From positions 248,001 through 312,000 of the forward strand of contig OZ037845.1 of NCBI GenBank assembly GCA_964035575.1: a DNA stretch of 64,000 nt. Direction: 5' to 3'. Shown one piece after another: positions 1 to 12,423 of this stretch. This DNA comes from Rhynchopus sp. YZ270_cl-10 (Eukaryota). The notes beneath the pieces are model-generated. The model was not told where the DNA came from and ran no database searches. It saw only the letters and a program-made list of their open reading frames with translations. Every line of letters starts with the position of its first letter. The first letter of the stretch is position 1. The position numbers and the translations under genes were made by a program.

Positions 1-1116
1 ACCACCAAAGAAAAACCACAAAACCAATTTTACTTCACATGCAGTCTCATTTTATTTTGTGGTTTTTGTGTGCAAACGCGAATTTTTTATCTTATTGCGT
101 CGTGAAAAAGCTTTACTTCCTCGGCCAGGCACAACGAAATTGGGATGTTCTCGAGAGGAGAGCTGAGGGGGGGGGGGGGACAAAACAAAACGAAGAAGAA
201 TATAAGAGGAAGCAGGGGACGGGGTAGACAGGGCACTCGTGGTATCAAAGATAAGGCGAAGGGCTACATACTAAGCTGATATAACTCCAAATATTGCAAA
301 GGTGGAAACATTCTACACAAAAAGAGACATATATTTGACAATGTGCAAAACGTCGTTCATTCCGTAAACATTGTCAAAAATAAGGGGGGGTAGAGTTGAC
401 AGTCCAAACGCTGGGACGCAGGTACTGATACCCTGTGGAGGGGGAAGGATAAGTTTGATAAGACGATTCTAAGCCTGTGCTTTTTGGTCATCTGGCAAAA
501 TAAAAGAGAAGTTGAAAGTGCAAATGCCTTATCATCGGCGGACGCAAGGTACAAATAAATTCATTCTGTCGGGTTACACAGAACCCTGTGCCTTCAAACC
601 TCCAAAAAATGCTGTGAAAAAGAGGGGGAAAAAAAACACAAAGATGAATCCGCACGGGGTGATACACACTAGTTCTTCCGATGTTTTTTTTGTTTTTTGA
701 TCACTTTCTGCTGTTTTGCCTTGCAAATATTGCCTCAGTTTTTGAACCACAAACACCATTCGACAAAAAAAAATAACTAAAATAACCACACCTCCTATTT
801 TTTGAAATTGAAACAAACAAACAACGGGGCCGGGGGGGTATACTGGGTAACCACTCTGTCCTTTTGAACCTCCCTTCCCCCCCTACGTTTTTCCCACCCA
901 CCTCCCACTTCCCCTTTCGCAATGCAGTCGCTGTCCAATCGTTGTGGGGAAAAACACAAATGGCCACAAACTCCTGGCAGCGCCTAAACACTTGCAAAAA
1001 AAGAGGAAAAAAAAACACAATACTGAACGAATGGGTGCAGCAGCACTAGGCGCCAAATAATGGAACGTTTTTATATGCACCAATCATCGCGTGCACCTGC
1101 AACATCGGGTCTGTAT

Positions 1117-3420
1117 CTACAGAGGGATGTTGCCGTGCTTCTTCCACGGGTTTGTCACGGACTTGTTCTGAAGTCTCTCGAGGTCCTCGCAGATCTGTGA
1201 AAAGAGTGTTGACAGTGAAAACGTTATTCAGCTTGAAACAAAAGAAAGTGAAGCTGATAAAGGGGGGCCCCGTCGATTATTTACCTTTTGAAAAGGTAAA
1301 TAATACACGAAAGGTAAATAATACATGGAAGGTAAATAATACAATATTTGGACTTTATTAATTCAAAAGGTAAATAATATACGGTTTGACCTATTGCGGG
1401 TAAACGGTCCTGTTTTCGATGCACACCCACTAGACCCCCGACTCACTGCACAACAGATTTTCACACCCCGCCCTTCCCCCTCCCCGGAACCCCTCTCGCC
1501 GTCATGTTGAACGCCTCGACCCTTGCAGAGCTGAACCACCAGTGGGATGAGGTGCGCCGTGGCCGCTGCGAGATGGTCGTCGGCCTCGACGAGGCAAGCG
1601 TGGCGAGCCTGGACCTGGACGTTGAGAGCTTCAGCGACACGTCCAGTGCCTCAGAACTTCACCCAAAAAAAGCGGGGCGGAAAATTAATTAATTAAATGC
1701 CAATTCAAAAGGTAAATAATACACGAAAGGTAAATAATACAATGTTTGGCATTAAAAAGGTAAATAATACACGAAGGTAAATATTAAAATAGGTAAATAA
1801 TCGACGGGTCCCCCCTTTAGTGCAAACGGCACTTACAATACGCAGGTTATTTGTGAAATGTGAAAAGAAGTGACATTGCATCTATCAAGTCTTTGTGAAG
1901 GGGAGACTAGGGGAGGGCATGAAGCATACGAGTCTGCGGGTGTCGCTCGGGCGGATGACGGCATCGACGTATCCCTTCTTCGCTGCCTCGGCAGGGGTGC
2001 AGAACTTGCCCTGGTACTCAGCGGTCTTCTCTGCAAGCTCCTCTTCGGAGGAGCCTCTGTGGATGATCTCGCATGCTCCCTTGGCGCCCATCACCTGTGT
2101 GTGTGTGTGTATGTGTTGCAGTGCCGTGTGGTGCTGGGTCCACTGTATGGTTTATGAAAGACATACCGCGATCTCTGCCGTCGGCCATGCGTAGTTCATG
2201 TCTCCACGGATGTGCTTGCTGCTCATCACGTCGTACGCACCTCCGTACGCCTTACGTGTGATGACAGTGATCTTGGGCACGGTGGCCTCGCAGTAAGCGT
2301 ACAGAAGCTTGGCTCCGTGGCGGATGATACCTCCCCACTCCTGCCCAGTGCCGGGGAGGAACCCGGGCACGTCCACGAGCGTGATCACAGGGATGTTGAA
2401 GGAGTCGGCGAAGCGCACGAAGCGTGCGGCCTTGGAGGAGCTGTCGATGTCGAGCACACCTGCGTTGTGCTTGGGCTGGGAGGCAATGATCGCAACAGTG
2501 CGGCCCTCCATGCGTGCAAACCCGGTGATGATGTTCTTCGCGAACTTGGGCTGCACCTCGTAGAAGCTGTTCTCGTCCACAATCGGCTTGATCACGGCGT
2601 TCATGTCGTACGCCATTGTGTTCTCCGGAGGGATGATGCGGTCCAGGATGCCACAGTCACGGTCGCGCTTGTCGTTGCTTTCGTACACAGGCGCCTTCTC
2701 CTTGTTGTTCAAGGGCAGGTAGCTGTAGAAGGTGCGCAGACGTTCCAACGCCTCCAGCTCGTTCGCAAAGCTTCCGTGGCACACACCCGACTTGCTTTCG
2801 TGCGCAGACGCGCCACCAAGCTCCTCCTTGGTCACAGTCTCGTGGGTCACGGTCTTGACAACGTCCGGTCCGGTGACAAACATGAAAGAGTTGTCCTGCA
2901 CCATGAAGGTGAAGTCCGTCAGTGCCGGGGAGTACACGGCACCACCTGCGCAGGGTCCAAGCACAACGGAGATCTGCGGCACAACACCAGACGCCAATGT
3001 GTTGCGCAGGAAGACGTCTGCGTACCCTGCCAGGGAGAGGATGCCCTCCTGGATACGTGCACCTCCGGAGTCGTTCAGGCCGACAATCGGGACACCGACG
3101 TTGACGGCTTCGTCCATGATTTTGCACATCTTCGCTGCGTTGGTGAGCGACATCGACCCTCCGAGGACGGTGAAGTCCTGGGAGAACAGGTAGACGGGAC
3201 GTCCGTGAATCATCCCTGTACCAGTCACGAGACCGTCACCCTCGGGCTTGGTTTTTTCAAGGCCGAAGTCGTTGCAGTTGTGCACAACACCTGCATCACG
3301 CTCACGGAAGCTGCCCGCGTCACAGAAGAGCTCGACACGCTCGCGTGCTGTGAGCTTTCCACGCTTGTGCTGCTTGGCAGCGGCAGCGCTGCAGTGCCTC
3401 CTGGCCGCTCTCATGAACAT
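1117..3420 (-). CDS. PCCB: Propionyl-CoA carboxylase beta chain (carboxyltransferase), mitochondrial; 3 exons
   Basis: Motifs [50 protein letters not shown]. Exons 3420-2167, 2094-1930, 1194-1117, joined by GTATG...CACAG introns (2095-2166, 1195-1929). Splicing restores the canonical end ...[10 protein letters not shown]. Short Arg-rich N-terminus resembles a transit peptide. Confidence 0.95.
1260..1817. mobile_element. MITE-like element (TA target duplication) in PCCB intron 2
   Basis: TIRs AAGGGGGGCCCCGTCGATTATTTACCT / AGGTAAATAATCGACGGGTCCCCCCTT (1 mismatch), flanked by TA at 1258-1259 and 1818-1819. Many internal AAGGTAAATAATA direct repeats near both ends. Confidence 0.85.
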
Positions 3421-3520
3421 TATCGATTCGTTGGTGCCTGGTTGTGGAGATTGTAGGCGAGGGGAGGAGAGGAGGAGGTTAGGGCATAGCAAAGTGCAGA
3501 GCCAAGGAGCGTACGGCAAA

Positions 3521-3625
3521 GAAAGTTGACTTGAAATACAAAAGCCCGCTTGACAGTGTACCTTGGTACATGACCGGTAGTACCCCAACCATGCAGTCCT
3601 ACATCCATTTCGTGGTTTACATCTG
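3521..3625. repeat. Dispersed SINE-like repeat, module B (...ACCCCAACCATGCAGTCCTACATCCATTT...)
   Basis: Same core at about 39525-39611 and 49063-49175; the left half recurs at 58702-58761. Always the same orientation. Confidence 0.75.
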
Positions 3626-4600
3626 ATATGCGCTACTCCCCACTCATCAGACAGATGAACGGGGATCATTGCGAACACAGGGACATGAATCCTGTGTCAG
3701 GAGGTTGATTAGTCCTGTGTGATCTATGGCCCAGTTGGGGTCCTCTGCCCGTTTCGCAGTGTGGGAAAGAAAAGATCCGCAGGCAGAGGGTGTCGTGTGC
3801 TGAACAGAAAAGTTAAAAGTGTGTAGCAGATGCAGGTTGCGAAAGAAAAAGAGAGTAGGGAGGGGGAGGTGGCGGACATCTTAATTTTACCTTATTAATT
3901 GATGACAGTTGGGCAGGGTGGGCGAAGTAAATGTGTATCTTCATATCCTCGACGAAGGTTATTTCTTGTACGCCACACGACATGTTCGTTTCGAGAGAAA
4001 AATTTGCTGAACGTTTTGTTTGTTTTTTTTGTTTATATTTTGAAAATGATAGCAATTCTTTTCTTTTAGTAAGGGATACGGTAGCGTACAGGAAAAACCT
4101 ATATTTTCGTTTTTTTTTCGAGTTTCTCACATCCAAGGGATACTAGTCACGTTTGGGGTGTTGGACAGAGATTAAACTTTCGTCATCGTCTCAGAAATGG
4201 GGCTGCGGTCTTCAAAAAAAGATCTGGTATCCAGAAAATAAAATGAACAAAAAAAAACCCAAAAAAAAAAAAAAAAGAAGGAAAAAAAACAAAGACAAAG
4301 CAACAGTTATGTCAAGTTGCAGAGTTAGCTAAAAGACCTTAAAACAAATAACCCCAGTCTCAAATAAAACCACCAAATCACACAAAAAGCACGTTTAAAA
4401 ACAAAGACGTGGTATCGTCCTTGCACATGGTACACACGTCCTTCTGTTCATTCAACTAACAGGACAATTGCTGCAAGAGTCCACAAATAAAGAATCAAAA
4501 CATCGTGGAGACACGGAGTTAGCCTTGCGACACTGCACTGTAACAAAGGGTGACTGGGTTGGGAAGGGTAGTAAGTATCACAGCTGATCATATGCACAGC

Positions 4601-6277
4601 TTACTGGGCAAGCTTTGCTCCCTCAGGGATCTTCAGCTCACGCACGTTCTCCCATGTGAATCCCTTCTCCGAGGTACGGCCGAAGTGGCCCATCGCTGCG
4701 GTCTCAGAGTAGATAGGGCGGCGAAGGTCCAGCTCGTTGATGATGTCGTACGGGCGCAGACGGAAGTTCTCAAGCACGATCTGTGAGTGTGGTGGTTGTG
4801 TGATGTGTGGTGAGGTGGTGTTGTGTGATCACATACCGCAAGGGTGCTCTCGTCAGTGTACTTGCCGGTTCCGTAGGTGTCGACGTGCACGGAGAGCGGC
4901 TCGGCAACTCCAATTGCGTACGCAAGCTGCACAAGGCAACGCTTTGCGAGTCCTGCAGACACAATCGACTTGGCGATCCAACGTCCTGCGTACGACGCAG
5001 ACCTGTCCACCTTCGTGGGGTCCTTTCCAGAGAAGGCACCTCCTCCGTGTGCTCCCCATCCACCGTAGGTGTCCACAATGATCTTCCTTCCGGTCAGACC
5101 AGCGTCTCCCATCGGTCCTCCAATCACGAAACGGCCAGAGGGGTTCAAGTGGTACACGGTCTGTGAGGTGGGTGTGTTTCAGTGTGATGTGATGTGATGT
5201 GGTGGGGGTCTCTTTAGGATAAAATATGGGGGGAAAGGTCTTTTTTGGTTAATAGCGCCGAAAAAACGGCAGCGAGGTATGTGGTCATGAGGGCGAGACT
5301 GGGGAAACACAACACAAAAAATACTGATGAAGGTGGTGGTGAGATTTCCCCGTAACGTCCTCAACCAACCTTGCCGAAGCAAGTGGTAAGCAATAACAAC
5401 AAAAAGGGCACGTAGCAATAGATAAATGGTACGCGCAAAAAAAAAAATATATATATATATATACATAGCGAAAAAGGGGGAGGGGAAAAAGACTTTCTTA
5501 TTCGCGACATATTTTATCCTAGAGACCCCCCTGGCGTAGCAAAGCTACTTAAACAAGTTTACAGTGTGAGAGTGTGTGCTGTGTTCATACCTTCTCGTCA
5601 AGGAACTTGGCAGGGATCACGTCCTTCACAAGCTCCATCAGATCCGCACGGATCTTCTCGTTCGTCACCTCCTCGCTGTGCTGGGAGGAGATCAGCACAC
5701 AGTGCACACGCAGGGGTGTCAGAAGCTTCTTGTTGTCGTGCTCGTCAATCTCGTACTCAACAGTCACCTGGGTCTTGGCATCGGGACGTGCCCAGGCAAG
5801 CTTTCCGTTGTTCCTCCACTCGGAGTGACGCTGGGCAAGCTGACGTGCAAGCTCGTACGAAAGGGGCATGAGGGTCTCGGTCTCGTCGGTGGCGTATCCG
5901 AACATGAGTCCCTGGTCTCCCGCTCCGAGCTCAGCCTCGTGCACGTACTGTGTGCACTGGCCGATGTCGGGCGACTGCTGCTCAATCGCCACAACGACGT
6001 TGCAGGTCTTGTAGTCGAATCCCTTCTCGCAGTGGTCGTATCCGATCTTCTTCACAGTGCTACGGAGCACGGTCTGGTAGTCAACGTTCGCCTTCGAGGT
6101 GATCTCTCCGAACACCATCACCATGCCAGTCTTGCAGCACGACTCACATGCCACCTTCGACATGGGGTCCACAGCCAGGCAGGCGTCCAGCACTGCGTCG
6201 GAGAACTGGTCGCACATCTTGTCGGGGTGACCCTCGGTCACGTGCTCCGACGAGAACATGAAGGTGCGCTTTCCCAT
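4601..6277 (-). CDS. MAT: S-adenosylmethionine synthetase, copy 1 (396 aa, 3 exons)
   Basis: Motifs [20 protein letters not shown]. Exons 6277-5591, 5160-4837, 4780-4601. Intron 1 is expanded to 430 nt by an insertion. 3' flank differs from the other copies. Confidence 0.96.
5204..5563. mobile_element. Non-autonomous inverted-repeat element inserted in intron 1 of MAT copy 1
   Basis: Absent from the 61-72 nt intron 1 of the other four copies. Inverted repeats GGGGGTCTCT(TT)AGGATAAAATATG at 5204-5228 and 5508-5530, internal (AT)n, and about 33 extra nt with a small hairpin beyond the right repeat. Confidence 0.8.
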
Positions 6278-6667
6278 TTTGATTTTGATTTAGTGTTTGT
6301 GTGGTTTTGATAACTCTGTCGGGGGCAGGAGGGGTAACCTTATGACATTCCGATTAGCCCTCTGAGGGGTACACAATTAATAAGACCTTTCAAAGCCGTA
6401 ACAAGTCTGATAGATAATCAGGAACCAGTACTATGTATTGCTAGCTCAGATACTACACACACAGGGCTGGGGAACTAGCTTTGCACGGACTACAAGGTAA
6501 ATACACGATGACGCGTGTGTGTACTCAAGACATGTGGATCCTCAGTGTACTCAGTTCACTCGAGAAAATCTCACAATGAACAGTTCAAAAATAAGTAGAG
6601 ATCTTTCTTTATACGTCTTCGCTGTAGTGCAATAACCGAAGGCTACTTGACAAATACTTTTCCGTTT

Positions 6668-6891
6668 TCCTTCAACGGCCTGCATCTACGGTCAAAAAAC
6701 CGGAGCTGCCCGTCTACTAACTAACAATTGAAAATTAAGTAAGTATTCTGTCCTGGCAACTATCCTAACCGCTCATCCGTATGATCGATCCCCCACCCAC
6801 TCGCTCAACGCTTCGTTCGATTAATCTCACTTCACTAACTGCCACAAACATGGAACAAAAATACTCAAAACACGCGAAAAAAGAGAGCAGC
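6668..6891 (-). repeat. Shared MAT 3'UTR block (also at about 8870-9109, 10881-11104, 13877-14100)
   Basis: Near-identical ~225-240 nt downstream of the stop codons of copies 2-5, ending sharply at CCTTCAACGGCCTGCATCT (+ strand). Confidence 0.9.
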
Positions 6892-8199
6892 TTACTGGGC
6901 AAGCTTTGCTCCCTCAGGGATCTTCAGCTCACGCACGTTCTCCCATGTGAATCCCTTCTCCGAGGTACGGCCGAAGTGGCCCATCGCTGCGGTCTCAGAG
7001 TAGATAGGGCGGCGAAGGTCCAGCTCGTTGATGATGTCGTACGGGCGCAGACGGAAGTTCTCAAGCACGATCTGTGAGTGTGGTGGGAGTGTGATGTGTG
7101 GTGAGGTGGTGTTGTGTGTTCACATACCGCAAGGGTGCTCTCGTCAGTGTACTTGCCGGTTCCGTAGGTGTCGACGTGCACGGAGAGCGGCTCGGCAACT
7201 CCAATTGCGTACGCAAGCTGCACAAGGCAACGCTTTGCGAGTCCTGCAGACACAATCGACTTGGCGATCCAACGACCGGCGTACGATGCAGACCTGTCCA
7301 CCTTCGTGGGGTCCTTTCCAGAGAAGGCACCTCCTCCGTGTGCTCCCCATCCACCGTAGGTGTCAACAATGATCTTCCTTCCGGTCAGACCAGCGTCTCC
7401 CATCGGTCCTCCAATCACGAAACGGCCAGAGGGGTTCAAGTGGTACACGGTCTGTGAAGTGGGTGTGTTTTAGTGTGATGTGATGAGGTGAGAGTGTGTG
7501 CTGTGTTCATACCTTCTCGTCAAGGAACTTGGCAGGGATCACGTCCTTCACAAGCTCCATCAGGTCCGCACGGATCTTCTCGTTCGTCACCTCCTCGCTG
7601 TGCTGGGAGGAGATCAGCACACAGTGCACACGCAGAGGTGTCAGAAGCTTCTTGTTGTCGTGCTCGTCAATCTCGTACTCAACAGTCACCTGGGTCTTGG
7701 CATCGGGACGTGCCCAGGCAAGCTTTCCGTTGTTTCTCCACTCGGAGTGACGCTGGGCAAGCTGACGTGCAAGCTCGTACGAAAGGGGCATAAGGGTCTC
7801 AGTCTCGTCAGTGGCGTATCCGAACATGAGTCCCTGGTCTCCCGCTCCGAGCTCAGCCTCGTGCACGTACTGTGTGCACTGGCCGATGTCGGGCGACTGC
7901 TGCTCAATCGCCACAACGACGTTGCAGGTCTTGTAGTCGAATCCCTTCTCGCAGTGGTCGTATCCGATCTTCTTCACAGTGCTACGGAGCACGGTCTGGT
8001 AGTCAACGTTCGCCTTCGAGGTGATCTCTCCGAACACCATCACCATGCCAGTCTTGCAGCACGACTCACATGCCACCTTCGACATGGGGTCCACAGCCAG
8101 GCAGGCGTCCAGCACTGCGTCGGAGAACTGGTCGCACATCTTGTCGGGGTGACCCTCGGTCACGTGCTCCGACGAGAACATGAAGGTGCGCTTTCCCAT
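6892..8199 (-). CDS. MAT: S-adenosylmethionine synthetase, copy 2
   Basis: Exons 8199-7513, 7451-7128, 7071-6892; GT-AG introns of 61 and 56 nt. Confidence 0.96.
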
Positions 8200-9109
8200 T
8201 TTGATTTAGTGTGTTGTGTTTAGATAACTGTACGTTGATGATTGAGGATAAGCAGTCGTGGGAAGCGTTACCACCACGAGCAGGTTGGGTGTGTGCTGTT
8301 GCCATGGCAGACGAAGACCCGACTGTTGAACATCTTCAACGAACACAGCAGAAGCAGCGCAATTATGTTGTGAGTCAGAATAGTTTGAAAATTGGAATGT
8401 TGTTATCTGGTCATGAGAAATGTCAGAAGCAAGACTGGCGTGTCATGGTTGTGTTGTGTCATCATCCGCGGAAGCGTAAAACATGGCAAGAAGGCAGTTA
8501 CGTTACTCACTGCCCTGGTAGTTGATAATTGAAGAATATTTCCTGGTCGCACAATTTCGGTGCGTACAAGCTAAGCACCGTGGTATCTTACAAGCGATAG
8601 AAAACGTTGCTTTTCAGATGCCCACATGCACTCGCGTAAAGCCGCAAATAAAAATGAGCCACACAAACATCACGCGTACGCTGCGTACGTCAAGATGCGG
8701 CTTGTGCAGTGCAAAATTGAGGACAGGTTAGTCTTTGGCAATGAATGTGGTCCATACTGTGTTTCATAAAGTGTACACAATGGCAAAGAAGCATGAGAGC
8801 AACACTGAAAGGTGTGGAATAAGTAGATTAAAAGAGTGCAAAAAATACTCCCCCCAGTTCTTTCCCTTGTCCTTCAACGGCCTGCATCTGACGGCCCAAA
8901 CCGGAGCTGCCCGTCTACTAACTAACAATTGAAAATTAAACGAAAATACTTAAACAAACTATTATTTGTCCGGGCAACTATCCTAACCGCTCATCCGTGT
9001 GATCGATCCCCCACCCACTCGCTCAACGTTTCGTTCGATTAATCTCACTTCACTAACTGCCACACACATGGAACAAAAATACTCAAAACACGCGAAAAAA
9101 GAGAGCAGC

Positions 9110-10415
9110 TTACTGGGCAAGCTTTACTCCCTCAGGGATCTTCAGCTCACGCACGTTCTCCCATGTGAATCCCTTCTCCGAGGTACGGCCGAAGTGGCCC
9201 ATCGCTGAAGTCTCAGAGTAGATAGGGCGGCGAAGGTCCAGCTCGTTGATGATGTCGTACGGGCGCAGACGGAAGTTCTCAAGCACGATCTGTGAGTGTG
9301 GTGGGAGTGTGATGTGTGGTGAGGTGGTGCTGTGTTCACATACCGCAAGGGTGCTCTCGTCAGTGTACTTGCCGGTTCCGTAGGTGTCGACGTGCACGGA
9401 GAGCGGCTCGGCAACTCCAATTGCGTACGCAAGCTGCACAAGGCAACGCTTTGCGAGTCCTGCAGACACAATCGACTTGGCGATCCAACGTCCTGCGTAC
9501 GACGCAGACCTGTCCACCTTCGTGGGGTCCTTTCCAGAGAAGGCACCTCCTCCGTGTGCTCCCCATCCACCGTAGGTGTCCACAATGATCTTCCTTCCGG
9601 TCAGACCAGCGTCTCCCATCGGTCCTCCAATCACGAAACGGCCAGAGGGGTTCAAGTGGTACACGGTCTGTGAGGTGGGTGTGTTTTAGTGTGATGTGAT
9701 GTGGTGAGAGTGTGTGCTGTGTTCATACCTTCTCGTCAAGGAACTTGGCAGGGATCACGTCCTTCACAAGCTCCATCAGGTCCGCACGGATCTTCTCGTT
9801 CGTCACCTCCTCGCTGTGCTGGGAGGAGATCAGCACACAGTGCACACGCAGAGGTGTCAGAAGCTTCTTGTTGTCGTGCTCGTCAATCTCGTACTCAACA
9901 GTCACCTGTGTCTTGGCGTCGGGACGTGCCCAGGCAAGCTTTCCGTTGTTCCTCCACTCGGAGTGACGCTGGGCAAGCTGACGTGCAAGCTCGTACGACA
10001 GGGGCATAAGGGTCTCAGTCTCGTCAGTGGCGTATCCGAACATGAGTCCCTGGTCTCCCGCTCCGAGCTCAGCCTCGTGCACGTACTGTGTGCACTGGCC
10101 GATGTCGGGCGACTGCTGCTCAATAGCAACCAGAACGTTGCAGGTCTTGTAGTCGAATCCCTTCTCGCAGTGGTCGTATCCGATCTTCTTCACAGTGCTA
10201 CGGAGCACGGTCTGGTAGTCAACGTTCGCCTTTGAGGTGATCTCTCCGAACACCATCACCATGCCAGTCTTGCAGCACGACTCGCATGCCACCTTCGACA
10301 TGGGGTCCACAGCCAGGCAGGCGTCCAGCACTGCGTCGGAGAACTGGTCACACATCTTGTCGGGGTGACCCTCGGTCACGTGCTCCGACGAGAACATGAA
10401 GGTGCGCTTTCCCAT
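9110..10415 (-). CDS. MAT: S-adenosylmethionine synthetase, copy 3 (slightly divergent)
   Basis: Exons 10415-9729, 9667-9344, 9289-9110; introns of 61 and 54 nt. Substitutions NVLVAIE, ETSAMGH and EGVKLAQ relative to the other copies. Confidence 0.96.
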
Positions 10416-11104
10416 TTTGATTTAGTGTATTGTGTTTAGATAACTGTGTGTTGATGATTGAAGACCGGTTTGGTATATGTGTATAAACAGACTACAGTCG
10501 GAAGAGCACTTGACAAACTGAACAATCGTCGAGCACTTGGTCCTTAGAACATTGAAGTTGCAACACGCTCCTCGAGCGGCATGGAGAATACGTCTCATCA
10601 CGACGTATCTGACATGAACAGTTGGTGTTCGTTGGGACGTGAAACGCACAATGCGAGACTAACTGGACATAGAGCAGAGATGGCAAAGGCGTGCATCGTC
10701 CTGCTGCTGCTGGATATCATAGCAATGCCGCAGACGTTGTTCTTGAATTACAAACTAACCACCCGTGACAAGGTGCTCCAGCAGCTAAGTTTTGTGGCTT
10801 CAACGAGACCTGCGCGAGGTGTCGAAGCAAGAAGATGTGTGTACAAAATAAATCAAAAGTACATAAGTTTTTTTCCTTTGTCCTTCAACGGCCTGCATCT
10901 GACGGCCCAAAACCGGAGCTGCCCGTCTACTAACTAACAATTGAAAATTAAGTAAGTATTCTGTCCTGGCAACTATCCTAACCGCTCATCCGTATGATCG
11001 ATCCCCCACCCACTCGCTCAACGCTTCGTTCGATTAATCTCACTTCACTAACTGCCACAAACATGGAACAAAAATACTCAAAACACGCGAAAAAAGAGAG
11101 CAGC

Positions 11105-12423
11105 TTACTGGGCAAGCTTTGCTCCCTCAGGGATCTTCAGCTCACGCACGTTCTCCCATGTGAATCCCTTCTCCGAGGTACGGCCGAAGTGGCCCATCGC
11201 TGCGGTCTCAGAGTAGATAGGGCGGCGAAGGTCCAGCTCGTTGATGATGTCGTACGGGCGCAGACGGAAGTTCTCAAGCACGATCTGTGAGTGTGGTGGT
11301 TGTGTGATGTGTGGTGAGGTGGTGGTGTGTGTTCACATACCGCAAGGGTGCTCTCGTCAGTGTACTTGCCGGTTCCGTAGGTGTCGACGTGCACGGAGAG
11401 CGGCTCGGCAACTCCAATTGCGTACGCAAGCTGCACAAGGCAACGCTTTGCGAGTCCTGCAGACACAATCGACTTGGCGATCCAACGTCCTGCGTACGAC
11501 GCAGACCTGTCCACCTTCGTGGGGTCCTTTCCAGAGAAGGCACCTCCTCCGTGTGCTCCCCATCCACCGTAGGTGTCCACAATGATCTTCCTTCCGGTCA
11601 GACCAGCGTCTCCCATCGGTCCTCCAATCACGAAACGGCCAGAGGGGTTCAAGTGGTACACGGTCTGTGAGGTGGGTGTGTTTTTCGTGTGATGTGATGT
11701 GATGTGATGAGGTGAGAGTGTGTGCTGTGTTCATACCTTCTCGTCAAGGAACTTGGCAGGGATCACGTCCTTCACAAGCTCCATCAGGTCCGCACGGATC
11801 TTCTCGTTCGTCACCTCCTCGCTGTGCTGGGAGGAGATCAGCACACAGTGCACACGCAGAGGTGTCAGAAGCTTCTTGTTGTCGTGCTCGTCAATCTCGT
11901 ACTCAACAGTCACCTGGGTCTTGGCATCGGGACGTGCCCAGGCAAGCTTTCCGTTGTTTCTCCACTCGGAGTGACGCTGGGCAAGCTGACGTGCAAGCTC
12001 GTACGAAAGGGGCATAAGGGTCTCAGTCTCGTCAGTGGCGTATCCGAACATGAGTCCCTGGTCTCCCGCTCCGAGCTCAGCCTCGTGCACGTACTGTGTG
12101 CACTGGCCGATGTCGGGCGACTGCTGCTCAATCGCCACAACGACGTTGCAGGTCTTGTAGTCGAATCCCTTCTCGCAGTGGTCGTATCCGATCTTCTTCA
12201 CAGTGCTACGGAGCACGGTCTGGTAGTCAACGTTCGCCTTCGAGGTGATCTCTCCGAACACCATCACCATGCCAGTCTTGCAGCACGACTCACATGCCAC
12301 CTTCGACATGGGGTCCACAGCCAGGCAGGCGTCCAGCACTGCGTCGGAGAACTGGTCGCACATCTTGTCGGGGTGACCCTCGGTCACGTGCTCCGACGAG
12401 AACATGAAGGTGCGCTTTCCCAT
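11105..12423 (-). CDS. MAT: S-adenosylmethionine synthetase, copy 4
   Basis: Exons 12423-11737, 11664-11341, 11284-11105; introns of 72 and 56 nt. Confidence 0.96.

Noticed and set aside
2212..3456. 414-aa plus-strand ORF, and similar long plus-strand ORFs (5576-6310, 21215-24124, 29523-31061, 41983-43314)
   Set aside because: Antisense shadows of GC-rich, codon-biased minus-strand genes; no recognisable motifs.
3421..3678. N-terminal extension of the PCCB ORF in the ORF track
   Set aside because: It runs through a dispersed repeat (module B) and a pyrimidine tract; the ATG at 3420 gives a plausible transit peptide.
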